Origin: Vicinamibacterales bacterium
Lineage (GTDB): Bacteria; Acidobacteriota; Vicinamibacteria; Vicinamibacterales; CAVVIG01
Length of the DNA stretch: 64,000 nucleotides
Direction: 5' to 3'
Assembly (NCBI GenBank): GCA_035537875.1
Contig: DATLLJ010000035.1
Location: forward strand, 29,358 to 93,357
The notes under the pieces were generated by a model. It had not been told where the DNA came from, did not search any database, and saw only the letters and a program-made list of their open reading frames with translations. How positions within the stretch are numbered: the stretch's first letter is position 1; every line of letters begins with the position of its first letter. A program made the translations under genes and the position numbers. Below are positions 1 to 9,347 of this stretch, one piece after another.

Positions 1-560
1 CGCAGCCGCAGATTGGGGACCGCATCGTCGTCGTCGGCGGCGGAACGGTCGGCTGCCTCGTCGCATGGCTTGCGGGCCGGATTCCGGGCTGCGATGTGGA
101 ACTCGTGGACACGAATCCGCAGCGTGAGGCCATCGCGCACGTCATCGGCGTGCGGTTCGCCCTTCCGGACACCGTCTGGGAGGGCGCGGACGTCGTCATC
201 CATGCGAGCGGCTCGCCGGCCGGCCTGGAGCTGGCGCTCAAGATTGCGGGGTTCGAAGCGACGGTCGTAGAAATGAGTTGGTACGGCGACCAGATGGTTC
301 CGCTGTCGCTCGGCGAGGCCTTTCACGCGCGACGACTGACGCTCAAGTCTTCGCAGGTCGGCACGGTCGCCGAATCGCAGCGCGCCCGATGGGAGCCACG
401 CCGGCGGATGCAGCTGGCGCTGACGATGCTGGCCGACACGGTGCTCGACGTGCTGATCACCGGGGAGAGCGAGTTCGAGAACCTGCCGGAAACCATGGTC
501 CGCCTTTCGACCGACTCAGGCGACACGCTGTGCCATCGGGTGCGGTATCCAAAGGAGTAG
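1..560 (+). CDS. Medium-chain Zn-dehydrogenase/reductase-like oxidoreductase, C-terminal part (5' end outside window)
   Basis: Frame 3 is open from base 3. It reads QPQIGDRIVVVGGGTVGCLVAW (GxGxxG Rossmann) and runs into the 154-aa ORF ending at 560. Confidence 0.75.
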   Translation, partial: QPQIGDRIVVVGGGTVGCLVAWLAGRIPGCDVELVDTNPQREAIAHVIGVRFALPDTVWEGADVVIHASGSPAGLELALKIAGFEATVVEMSWYGDQMVPLSLGEAFHARRLTLKSSQVGTVAESQRARWEPRRRMQLALTMLADTVLDVLITGESEFENLPETMVRLSTDSGDTLCHRVRYPKE

Positions 561-571
561 AAGCATTGACG

Positions 572-1003
572 ATGTATGGCGTGTCCGTGCGCGACCACAT
601 GATGGTTGCGCACAGCTTCAAGGGAGAAGTCTTCGGCCCGGCGCAGCGGCTGCACGGAGCGACCTTGATCGTCGACGTCGAGTTCCGGCGCTCGGAGCTG
701 GATGGCGACGGGGTCGTGGTCGACATCGGTCGAGCCTCGGAAGTCCTGCGCGGCATGCTGGCCGAGCTGAACTTCCGGAACCTGGACGAGATGCCGGAAT
801 TCAGAGGCCGCAATACCACAACCGAATTCCTCGCACGCGTCGTCTTCGACCGGATGGTCGCCGCCATCAGACGCAACGATCTCGGGGCCGCCGCACGCGG
901 CATCGAACATTTGCGGGTCACGCTGCACGAATCGCACGTCGCCTCGGCATCTTTCGAGGGCGCCGTCCCCCGGGACGCCCAATCACCGGCGCACGCAGTC
1001 TGA
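572..1003 (+). CDS. 6-pyruvoyl-tetrahydropterin synthase/QueD-fold family protein (divergent, Cys-less)
   Basis: ATG 572 lies 12 nt after the upstream stop. MYGVSVRDHMMVAHSF..GPAQRLHGAT..TTEFLA..LHESH resembles the PTPS family. The 143 aa contain no cysteine and have HGA where canonical members have HGH. Confidence 0.7.
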   Translation: MYGVSVRDHMMVAHSFKGEVFGPAQRLHGATLIVDVEFRRSELDGDGVVVDIGRASEVLRGMLAELNFRNLDEMPEFRGRNTTTEFLARVVFDRMVAAIRRNDLGAAARGIEHLRVTLHESHVASASFEGAVPRDAQSPAHAV

Positions 1004-1006
1004 ACG

Positions 1007-2086
1007 ATGTCGTGCGATGTCGTGCTGCTGGCGCCGGCACCGCTCGACGCCCGAACCGGCGGCTACGAGTACGACCGGCGAATGGCCGCGGGCTTGCGCG
1101 CCCGCGGTTGGCGAGTGGAGGTTCGTGAGCTCGATCCGAGCTTTCCACGGCCGACCCATGCGGCGCGAGATCGGGCGGCACGCCTGCTGGCCGACGTCGC
1201 CGATAACACGACGGTTCTCATCGATGGGCTCGCGTTCGGGGCCATGCCGTCCGAGCTGACGCGGGAAGCGTCGCGCCTCAGGTTCGTTGCGCTGATTCAC
1301 ATGCCGCTGGCCGATGCGGTCGGCTTGAGCGCAGCGGAGGCGGCGAGGCTCGAGGCCAGCGAACGTCTTGCGCTCGCCACCGCGAGACTCGTCGTCGTAA
1401 CCGGAAGATCGACCGTCGCCACCATGGAGCGGTATGGTGTCGAACGTCGCCGCATCGCCGTGGTGGAACCGGGCACCGACCTGACGCCTCGAGCGCGAGG
1501 AACGCGACGCGACTCACCGGGACGTCACCTCGAGCTGCTCGCCGTCGGGAGTCTCACCGAAGGCAAGGGATACGAGGTGTTGATCCACGCGCTTGCGAGG
1601 ATCCCCGACCGCGCCTGGCATCTGACGTGTGCAGGAAGCCTCGATCGCGATCCTCCCGCGGTGGCACGTGTCCGTGCCGCGGTGCGTCGGGAGAAGCTCG
1701 AGGACCGCGTCACGCTTGCGGGAGAAGTCGATGGCGAAGCCCTCGCTGCCCATTACGACGCGGCCGATGTCTTCGTCCTGGCGACGCTTCGCGAGACATA
1801 TGGGATGGCTGTGGCCGAAGCGCTGGCACACGGGCTGCCCATCGTCAGTACGAGGACGGGCGCCATTCCGGAGCTCGTGGGCGCGACAGCTTCGAGAGGG
1901 CCCGCCGGGTTGTTGGTCCCGGCTGGGGACGTCGATGCCATGTCTGCCGCGCTGTCGCAGGTCATGTCCGACGCCGGACTCCGGGCTTCGCTTGCCGACG
2001 CCGCCTGGCAGGCCCGCGAGAGCCTGCCAGCCTGGGATGACGCCGTCCACGCGATGGCGACAACCTTGGAACGGGTTTGTCCATGA
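1007..2086 (+). CDS. GT4-type (GT-B) glycosyltransferase
   Basis: 359 aa. The C-terminal half has a typical Glycos_transf_1 pattern (LAGEVDGEAL..ADVFVLATLRETYGMAVAEALAHGLPIVSTRTGAIPELV). It starts 4 nt after the upstream stop. Confidence 0.85.
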   Translation: MSCDVVLLAPAPLDARTGGYEYDRRMAAGLRARGWRVEVRELDPSFPRPTHAARDRAARLLADVADNTTVLIDGLAFGAMPSELTREASRLRFVALIHMPLADAVGLSAAEAARLEASERLALATARLVVVTGRSTVATMERYGVERRRIAVVEPGTDLTPRARGTRRDSPGRHLELLAVGSLTEGKGYEVLIHALARIPDRAWHLTCAGSLDRDPPAVARVRAAVRREKLEDRVTLAGEVDGEALAAHYDAADVFVLATLRETYGMAVAEALAHGLPIVSTRTGAIPELVGATASRGPAGLLVPAGDVDAMSAALSQVMSDAGLRASLADAAWQARESLPAWDDAVHAMATTLERVCP

Positions 2087-2901
2087 CCGCCGAGTCGCTC
2101 TCCAGGTGGCTGGCGCTTCGGGAAGGGGCTGACGCCGCCGCGCGTTCCACGGTCATCACCCGGCTCGTCCGCGACCTGGTTGTGCGGACCGGGCCGCTGC
2201 GGGTCCTGGATCTCGGGGCCGGCACCGGCGCGAACCTTCGATATCTTGCCCCTCGCCTGCCCGTCGATCAGGAATGGCTCCTGATCGATCGCGATCCAAG
2301 GCTTCTCGACGAAGCGATTCGACGAAAACCTCGGCTTGACGGTGGATTCAGCTGCGCCGTCGACACGAGGTGCTTCGATCTGTGCGGCCTCGATACACCC
2401 GAACTCTTCAGCGGCCGTCAGCTGGTCACTGCCTCGGCGCTGCTCGACCTCGTCTCAGACAGCTGGCTCAGCGCGCTTGCCGAACAGTGCCGGTCGATCG
2501 GAGCCGTAAGCCTTCTCGCACTGACTTACACCGGTCGCTCGCGATGTTCGCCTGGCGAACCTGAAGACGAACAGGTGCAGGAGCTCATGAACCGGCATCA
2601 GCACACCGACAAAGGATTGGGCGGTCCGGCGGCCGGGCCGGATGCAGTTGACGGCGCCGCGCGTGCTTTTGCCGCTGTGGGTTACCTCGTGAAGCGTGAA
2701 CCGAGCGACTGGCTCCTGTCACCCGACCAGCCCGAGTTGCAGAAAGAGCTCATCGAAGGCTGGGCACGCGCCGCCATCGAAATCGCGCCGGATAACAGAA
2801 GCACCATTCAGAACTGGCTTGGCCGAAGGCTCGCTCACCTCGAGGCTGGTCGTTCACGCATCGTGGTCACCCACGAAGATCTTGCGGCGTGGCCGTCGTG
2901 A
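2083..2901 (+). CDS. Class I SAM-dependent methyltransferase
   Basis: ATG 2083 overlaps the upstream TGA (ATGA). Motif I is VLDLGAGTGANLRYL, followed by LIDRD. Confidence 0.8.
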   Translation: MTAESLSRWLALREGADAAARSTVITRLVRDLVVRTGPLRVLDLGAGTGANLRYLAPRLPVDQEWLLIDRDPRLLDEAIRRKPRLDGGFSCAVDTRCFDLCGLDTPELFSGRQLVTASALLDLVSDSWLSALAEQCRSIGAVSLLALTYTGRSRCSPGEPEDEQVQELMNRHQHTDKGLGGPAAGPDAVDGAARAFAAVGYLVKREPSDWLLSPDQPELQKELIEGWARAAIEIAPDNRSTIQNWLGRRLAHLEAGRSRIVVTHEDLAAWPS

Positions 2902-2910
2902 TCGACCCTT

Positions 2911-3636
2911 CTATTGGGCACGGGCCGTGAACTGAACCTCGAGGGCTACTTCGTTCGCTACCCGGAGGATGTCGCTGAATTCGATCGGTCCAATGCCAAA
3001 ATCGCTCAGGAGGACTCGCGTCGTGCCCACGCCGGAAAGGGTCGCGCCCGACAACTCGGCTCTGACGTCGAACGTCACGGGCCTGGCGATCTCGCGCACC
3101 GTCAAAACTCCAATCACCCGGAGAGTCAGCTCGCGGCCCGCTGTGGTGGCACGCGTCTCGCCGTCGATCGCCGTCGCCTTGAAGGCGGCCACGGGGTAGG
3201 CGTCGAAGCTCGGCCCACCGTCGTCACGAATTTCCCGCACGTAGTCATCGCGTTTCGACTGACTGCTCGTCAGGGTGTTCACGCGTACCGTAAACGAGTT
3301 CGTCCCGGCGAGGACATCCGGGTGCTCCGGATCCAGCTGGAACTGACCCTCGATGGCGTTGGTACTTCCCAGCGCTTCGATTTTGCCGGCTTCGATCCCC
3401 AGGAGGTTCAGCGCCCCACCAAAAAACTCTTCGCTCGCGCGGTACGAGGCTCTGGATTCGGACGGCGCGATGACGAACGTGCGGAGGCCCTTGACCGGCG
3501 GATCCGAACCGGCGGACCGCGGAGCGCCGTTGACGACAGTCGTCGCCGGTTCGGGGGCGTCGCCTCCGCACGCACCGAGAAGCAGGACGAGCGTCAGCGT
3601 CGCAGCAGATCTGGGGACCATCGCGGTCATCCTCAT
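2911..3636 (-). CDS. YceI-like (polyisoprenoid-binding) lipoprotein
   Basis: Signal peptide with lipobox LLLGAC. YceI-like pattern: SRASYRASEEF..GSTNAIEGQF..SSQSKRDDY..VTFDV. Confidence 0.75.
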   Translation of the reverse strand: MRMTAMVPRSAATLTLVLLLGACGGDAPEPATTVVNGAPRSAGSDPPVKGLRTFVIAPSESRASYRASEEFFGGALNLLGIEAGKIEALGSTNAIEGQFQLDPEHPDVLAGTNSFTVRVNTLTSSQSKRDDYVREIRDDGGPSFDAYPVAAFKATAIDGETRATTAGRELTLRVIGVLTVREIARPVTFDVRAELSGATLSGVGTTRVLLSDFGIGPIEFSDILRVANEVALEVQFTARAQ

Positions 3637-3644
3637 CCGCCGAG

Positions 3645-4637
3645 TCAGATCACACGAGTGACTGCTGGATCCGAGTCCGCCCGCTTATCGGGTTTGTCGT
3701 CGGGCGCTGTCAGGTCGCAATCGAACAACACGTCGCCCCCCATTCGAAACACGCGGTAGCGAGGACGGCGGCAATCACCGAGGGCGAGCGGAGGCGGCAC
3801 TCGAATAGCGGGACGACCATCTCCGATGAGCAGCGGAGCGATGGCCACGTGGAGGCGATCGAGGAGGTTCGCCTCCAGGAACATGGACACGGTGACCCCG
3901 CCACCTTCGACGAAGATCCGCGCGCACCCCCGCGCGCGGAGAAGACGCAACAGCTCGGCGGGATCGATGCTGTCGGGGGGCCCATCCACGCCGACGATGG
4001 TCGCACGACCGAACTGCTGCTCGCCCGCCTTCGTCAGCGAACGAGAACAGACGTAGAGCGTTTCCGCTGCCCTGTCGGCGAACACACGATGATCGACGCC
4101 GAGCCGCCGCGCCGGATCGAGCACGACGCGGAGCGGGTTGGGACCATCGACCAGTCTGGTCGTGAGCTGGGGGTCGTCTGCCGCCACGGTCCCAGCCCCA
4201 ACAATGACCACGTCGCACAGCGCCCGCAGCCGATGCATATGAAGGATGTTCTGGCCGCCGGTGATCCAGTGCGACTCGCCAGCGAGCGTGGCGATGAACC
4301 CATCGAGACTCTGCCCCACATGACCGACGGTGATCGGACGAGCGGTCGTCGCGCTGCAGATCGGCAGATACAGGTCGAGAAACGGTCGGCGTGCGTCGTC
4401 GGCCGGCAGCAAGGCCTCCCACACGCCGTCGGGGCGCCACGCAAGCAAGGCGGCCGGGTCGCTTTTCATCACTCGATGCAGCTGCCCGGCGTCGTTCAGC
4501 GCAAAGACAGCGGCCTGCGCAGCAGCGGCCGCACGGCCAGCCGCTCGAGCAGCGGCCGTCACCAGCCCCCACGCGCTATCGTCGGTCGACCGGGCATCGG
4601 CCGGGCGAGCGGGAACGCTGCTCATCGGTGGTCGCAT
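3645..4637 (-). CDS. RibD C-terminal domain / dihydrofolate-reductase-like reductase with ~100-aa N-terminal extension
   Basis: VGHVGQSLDGFIATLAGESHWITG..LRALCDVVIVGAGTVAADDPQLT..IFVEGGG is the RibD_C/DHFR-like signature. Confidence 0.8.
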   Translation of the reverse strand: MRPPMSSVPARPADARSTDDSAWGLVTAAARAAGRAAAAAQAAVFALNDAGQLHRVMKSDPAALLAWRPDGVWEALLPADDARRPFLDLYLPICSATTARPITVGHVGQSLDGFIATLAGESHWITGGQNILHMHRLRALCDVVIVGAGTVAADDPQLTTRLVDGPNPLRVVLDPARRLGVDHRVFADRAAETLYVCSRSLTKAGEQQFGRATIVGVDGPPDSIDPAELLRLLRARGCARIFVEGGGVTVSMFLEANLLDRLHVAIAPLLIGDGRPAIRVPPPLALGDCRRPRYRVFRMGGDVLFDCDLTAPDDKPDKRADSDPAVTRVI

Positions 4638-4665
4638 CTAGTTGACTATAGTGCCACACCCGCAG

Positions 4666-5985
4666 TCACGACTCGCTCCTACGGACGAGCTGTCGCCGCT
4701 CGAGCGTCATCCGAACAATTGGCGGTGGACGCAGCGTGATTCTTGGCTGCGGCACCAGCTCCGTGCCGTCGGCGATCAGTCGCAATCGCCATCGCTGCGC
4801 AAACGTGGCCAGCAGCAGCACGCCTTCCATCCAGGCAAACGCTTCGCCGATGCAGTTGCGCGGTCCGGCTCCGAAGGGGATGTAGGCCATCTTGGGCCTT
4901 CCCTGCGATAGGGGGTCCAGCCAGCGATCGGGATCGAACGTCGATGGGTCCGGAAAAAAACGGGGGTCGCGATGAAGCAGATACTGGCTGATCAGGACCG
5001 TTGCGCCGCCAGAAATGTATGTCCCGCCGATCTCGAGACCGGTGGCGGCTGTGCGGGCAATCACCCACGCGGGTGGGCGCAGCCGCATCGACTCCGCCAG
5101 AATTCGACGGGTTGTGGCGAGCGCCGGTAGATCGCTGGCGGTCGCCGCCCGCTCACCCAGCACGATGTCCACTTCCCGTTCGAGCTGCGCTTCAATCATC
5201 GGATGTTGCGCCAGCAGCGTCCACGTCCACACCAGGGCGTTGGCAATCGTCTCGTGACCCGCCAGTAAGATCGTCAGGGCATCGTCTCGAGCCTGCTCGA
5301 GAAGGGCTGGAGACCGATCCGCTGACCGCAGCAGCAGGGCGAGAAGGTCGTCAGGACCCGGGCCGTCGGAGAGCCGACCGTCGATGAGCGCGTCGACGAG
5401 CGCTGCCAGGCGTGCGCGCTCGGGCCGGACTCGCCGAACCGGCGCCAGCAGAGAGATGAACGGATCGAGGGAATCGCTGGCCGTCGTCGCGGCGCGGCGG
5501 ACCTCGTCCGATACGGTCCGCAGGTCGGTGCCAAACAGCGCCTGACCGACGATCGAGAGCGTGAGTGCGCCCGTGAGCGCCACGATGTTCACCGTCTCGC
5601 CGTCTCGCCAGCCGTCGCTCATCCGCGCGGTGTGGGCGACCATGATTTCGCTGTACCGTTCGAGGCACTGCCGGTGAAAGGCGGGCTGGATGGTGCTGCG
5701 TTGGCGCCGATGTCTTTCGCCGTCGGCCGTCAGCAAGCCCTGTCCGAGCAGTCGCGCCGCTCGCCGAAGCCCGCTTGACTTCGTAAACTTGTCCTGGTGG
5801 GTGACGAGGACGGCTTCCACGAGGTCGGGGTGTTTCAAGAGGAACGCCGGGCGACCTGCGAGCGAGAAGGGCACGATCTCGCCAGGCGAACAGGCGAGCG
5901 CGTCCAGGAACGCGAGAGGATTCCGGCTTGCGCGCCGCAGGCTCCAGCGGGAGCTACGGAAATCTGGGGGGTAAGTGACGGCCAC
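4666..5985 (-). CDS. Cytochrome P450
   Basis: Heme-thiolate loop FGAGPRNCIGEAFA, I-helix LLAGHETIAN and ExxR (AESMRL). GTG start at 5985. Confidence 0.9.
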   Translation of the reverse strand: MAVTYPPDFRSSRWSLRRASRNPLAFLDALACSPGEIVPFSLAGRPAFLLKHPDLVEAVLVTHQDKFTKSSGLRRAARLLGQGLLTADGERHRRQRSTIQPAFHRQCLERYSEIMVAHTARMSDGWRDGETVNIVALTGALTLSIVGQALFGTDLRTVSDEVRRAATTASDSLDPFISLLAPVRRVRPERARLAALVDALIDGRLSDGPGPDDLLALLLRSADRSPALLEQARDDALTILLAGHETIANALVWTWTLLAQHPMIEAQLEREVDIVLGERAATASDLPALATTRRILAESMRLRPPAWVIARTAATGLEIGGTYISGGATVLISQYLLHRDPRFFPDPSTFDPDRWLDPLSQGRPKMAYIPFGAGPRNCIGEAFAWMEGVLLLATFAQRWRLRLIADGTELVPQPRITLRPPPIVRMTLERRQLVRRSES

Positions 5986-6054
5986 TCGGCCATCGCATGT
6001 TATCAGGATCGCTCAAATCTGTTGGGCTATCATCGCGATCGGTTTTTCCCCTTG

Positions 6055-8091
6055 ATGGATACCGCACCGCCACTCGACGGATCCGATCCGGCCTGGGAAG
6101 CGTTTGCCGCGCGCGAGCCCTACTTCGCCGTGCTGACGGCCCGCACCTTCCTTCGCGCGAACCTGACACCCGAACGGGAGCGCGAGTTCTTCGCGAGCGG
6201 CGAGAACTACGTCCACTGGCTCCTCCACGTCATCAATCAGCATCTCGTGCCAGAGTTCGCGCCGATGTCGACCCTCGAGTTCGGCTGCGGCGTGGGACGT
6301 CTGGCGATCCCTTTCGCGCGCCGCGCGGGACGAGTCACGGCCGTCGATCGCTCGCCGACGATGATCAAGCTGGCCAGGGAGGAGGCGCATCGCCAGGGAG
6401 TCGATCACATCGACTTTCAGACTCCGGAAGAGCTCTTCCGCGACGGACGCAAATTCGATCTCATCAACTGCTACGGCGTTTTTCAGCGACTCGAGCCCGG
6501 GGCAGGACTGCTGTTACTGCGCCAACTGGTCGGCAGTCTTGGGACGGGCGGCGTCGGCGTCTTTCAGTTTCCCTATCGGGCCTCGACTTCGACCTTCGTG
6601 GGCCTCTCCCGACGCCTGCGTTCACGTGTCACGTGGCTCAACGGCATCATCAACGTAGTTCGCGGAAAGGCGTACAGCGACCCGTTCATCGCCACGCACA
6701 CCTATCATCTCGACGATGTCTTTCGCGTGCTGGACGAGGCGTTTCGGCACCGTTACGGCGCCCCTATCGCGGCGACGCACCTCCTGTTCGAGAATCAGGA
6801 GGGTCTTGCTGCCTTCATCGCGTGCGTGGAGGCTCCACGCGAGCACGCGCGGCCTAGTGGTGGGTCGGCGCAGCACGGTGGACCGGTCGACGTGCGGGCG
6901 CTGATCGAACAGACGGGTATCGACGACCTGAACCGAAGGGCCGAGGAATACTTTTCCACCCTGAAGAACTGGGACCACCACCTGGCGAAGCCGTTCAACA
7001 ACCCGGAAGAGACGCCGTCGCTGCTGACCGGCGTCGCGACGTTGCTTCAGGGTCTTCGACCGGCCGCCGGCATGACCGTGCTCGAGTTCGGCGCGGGTAC
7101 GGGATGGCTGTCACGATTCATGACTCAGCTGGGGTGTCGAGTGATTCTGCTCGACGTCTCGCCGAGCGCGCTGACCATCGCGCGAGAGCTGTACGAGCGT
7201 CAACCGATCGTCGGCGATCGACCCCGACCGCAGTTCCTCACGTTCGACGGCCGGCACATCGACCTGCCCGACCAGAGCATCGATCGCATCGTCAGCTTCC
7301 ACGCGTTCCACCACGTGCCGAATCCCGAAACCGTGCTGCGTGAGTTCGGCCGCCTGCTGCGGCCGGGTGGAATCGCAGGCTTCGTCGAGCCCGGCCCGCG
7401 GCACTCCCTTGATCCACAGTCACAATTCGAGATGCGCGCCTATCGCGTCGTCGAGAACGACATCGATGTGCACGCCCTCTGGCGGGCGGCGCTGACATGT
7501 GGATTCAGCGACTTGAAGCTGGCGGTACACCACGCGCCGCCTTTCCTGGTGTCGCTCAGCGAGTTCGAAGACTTCCTCGCCGACAGCGGCGCTGGCGAAC
7601 CCTGGGTGAACTCGACCCGCACATACCTCCGACATGTCCGAACCTTCTTTCTCCTCAAGACAGGGGTGGAGCGGCTCGATAGCCGGTCGGTCGGTGCCCT
7701 TGCGTGCCGGATTGACGCGGTGGTTGCCGACCGCTCCGGCGTCGGACAGCAACCGGTGAGCATCGACGCGACCGTCCGGAACACCGGCACCGGCGTCTGG
7801 CTGACGGCGGAATCGGAATACGGCGGGGTCGCACTCGGCGCTCATTTGTACGATGAGTCCGGGAAACTGATCGCATTCGATCTGGTCCGCCAGCGGCTGA
7901 CCGAGCCGTTGCGCGAGGTCGTTCCTGGCGAAGTCGTCACCTGCCGTCTGACGATTCCTCCACTACCGGCCGGCCGATACGTGGTCGAACTGGACTGCGT
8001 CGCGTCGAAAGTAATCTGGTTCTCGCAGGTCGGTTCCGAGCCCGTCCGGCTGACGATCGACATCCCGGTGGTCGACATCCCGGTGGCTTGA
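6055..8091 (+). CDS. Tandem double class I SAM-methyltransferase fusion with C-terminal Ig-like domain
   Basis: ATG 6055 is chosen because the longer ORF from 5797 overlaps the P450 gene. There are two motif-I sites, LEFGCGVGRLAIPFA and VLEFGAGTGWLSRFM. The C-terminus is beta-rich (VVTCRLTIPPLPAGRYVVELD). Confidence 0.8.
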   Translation: MDTAPPLDGSDPAWEAFAAREPYFAVLTARTFLRANLTPEREREFFASGENYVHWLLHVINQHLVPEFAPMSTLEFGCGVGRLAIPFARRAGRVTAVDRSPTMIKLAREEAHRQGVDHIDFQTPEELFRDGRKFDLINCYGVFQRLEPGAGLLLLRQLVGSLGTGGVGVFQFPYRASTSTFVGLSRRLRSRVTWLNGIINVVRGKAYSDPFIATHTYHLDDVFRVLDEAFRHRYGAPIAATHLLFENQEGLAAFIACVEAPREHARPSGGSAQHGGPVDVRALIEQTGIDDLNRRAEEYFSTLKNWDHHLAKPFNNPEETPSLLTGVATLLQGLRPAAGMTVLEFGAGTGWLSRFMTQLGCRVILLDVSPSALTIARELYERQPIVGDRPRPQFLTFDGRHIDLPDQSIDRIVSFHAFHHVPNPETVLREFGRLLRPGGIAGFVEPGPRHSLDPQSQFEMRAYRVVENDIDVHALWRAALTCGFSDLKLAVHHAPPFLVSLSEFEDFLADSGAGEPWVNSTRTYLRHVRTFFLLKTGVERLDSRSVGALACRIDAVVADRSGVGQQPVSIDATVRNTGTGVWLTAESEYGGVALGAHLYDESGKLIAFDLVRQRLTEPLREVVPGEVVTCRLTIPPLPAGRYVVELDCVASKVIWFSQVGSEPVRLTIDIPVVDIPVA

Positions 8092-8176
8092 CCACGGCGA
8101 AGCACATGGGTTACCGTTCACGCGGCTTTTCGCCCATATTTTCGCCTTCGTTGCAGAGGCGCCTGGAGGAAGCGTT

Positions 8177-9202
8177 ATGAAGCGCGGACTAGTGCTGTTT
8201 GCCATCGTCGGCGCTGGCGCTACGGCGATGGGGATTGCGGCGTGCGCCCAGCAGGCGCCGACAGAACAGCAGGCGCCCCCGGCCCAGGCCGCGCCCCAGG
8301 CACAAGCCGGCCAGGCGGGCGGCGGAGGGGCCGCCGGCGGCGGAGCCGCCGCACCTGAGCGACCCAGCCTTCAGCTCGAGAAGGTGAGGAACAACCTGTA
8401 TCAGCTGCCCATCTTCAATCAGAGCAACGCGCCTGGCGCCACCACGACCATCTTCGTATCCGAGAACAACGGCGTGATTCTCGTCGACACGAAGAACCCC
8501 GGTTCCGGAAAAGCGATCATCGAGAACGTCAAGAAGGTGACGGACAAACCGATCACCACGATCATCAACACTCATACTCACAACGACCACCTGGGCGGAA
8601 ACCTCGAATTCGAGCCCCAGGTTGAAGTGATCGTGCAGGAAAACACAGTCGGCTACATGAAGGGCTTGCCGCAATTCAAGGATGGCCAGAACGCCGACCG
8701 ACTGCCGAAGAAGACGTTCAAAGACAAGATGACGCTCTTCAGCGGAAACGATTCCATCGACCTTTATCACTTCGGTCCGGCACATACCGGCGGCGACGCA
8801 TTCGTGGTATTCAGAAACCTCCGTGTCATGGCCGCGGGTGACGTCGTGGCGGCGACCGGCACACCGGTGATGGATTTGGCCAACGGTGGAAGCGCTCTGC
8901 AGTGGGGTCAGACCATCGCCAAGGCGGCAGCCGGCATCAAGAACGTCGATCTCATTACGCGCGGACACACAAGCCAGACGTGCGACTGGGCTTGTTTCGT
9001 CGAGTACGGTCAGTTCATGACGGCGTATGCGGATGCCGCGCGAGCCGCCCACAAGGCCGGCAAGACCGTCGAGCAGGCCGTGGCCGAGATTCCGACCGCC
9101 ATGGGACCCCGGTGGAAGGACTACTTCGCCGGTCTGTCGGGTCGAAACCCAGGCACGAAAGCGAACGTCACCGCGTTTTACGAAGAACTGAACAAGAAGT
9201 AG
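8177..9202 (+). CDS. Secreted MBL-fold metallo-hydrolase
   Basis: Signal peptide, then a Q/A/P/G-rich linker, then HTHNDHLGGN (HxHxDH) and a later HTGGD. Confidence 0.85.
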   Translation: MKRGLVLFAIVGAGATAMGIAACAQQAPTEQQAPPAQAAPQAQAGQAGGGGAAGGGAAAPERPSLQLEKVRNNLYQLPIFNQSNAPGATTTIFVSENNGVILVDTKNPGSGKAIIENVKKVTDKPITTIINTHTHNDHLGGNLEFEPQVEVIVQENTVGYMKGLPQFKDGQNADRLPKKTFKDKMTLFSGNDSIDLYHFGPAHTGGDAFVVFRNLRVMAAGDVVAATGTPVMDLANGGSALQWGQTIAKAAAGIKNVDLITRGHTSQTCDWACFVEYGQFMTAYADAARAAHKAGKTVEQAVAEIPTAMGPRWKDYFAGLSGRNPGTKANVTAFYEELNKK

Positions 9203-9213
9203 CCTCTTCGCTC

Positions 9214-9248
9214 CCGTACGCGACGGCTCATCCATCCGTCGCGTACGG
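9214..9248 (+). terminator. Stem-loop downstream of the MBL gene
   Basis: Perfect 13-bp arms ccgtacgcgacgg / ccgtcgcgtacgg with a 9-nt loop, 12 nt after the stop. No T-tract. Confidence 0.5.
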
Positions 9249-9347
9249 AGTCTGAGCCCGCCGCTCCAGCTCAACCCGTTTATCGTTCAGCTCGGTCGCG
9301 TGGCGTGTCGGTACGCACTATGCGTTAAGTCCGGCCGGAGGCGCATT

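Noticed and set aside
5797-6054. N-terminal 86-codon extension of the double-methyltransferase ORF
   Set aside because: It overlaps the 5' end of the P450 gene on the other strand and has no methyltransferase-like sequence. ATG 6055 gives a sensible N-terminus.
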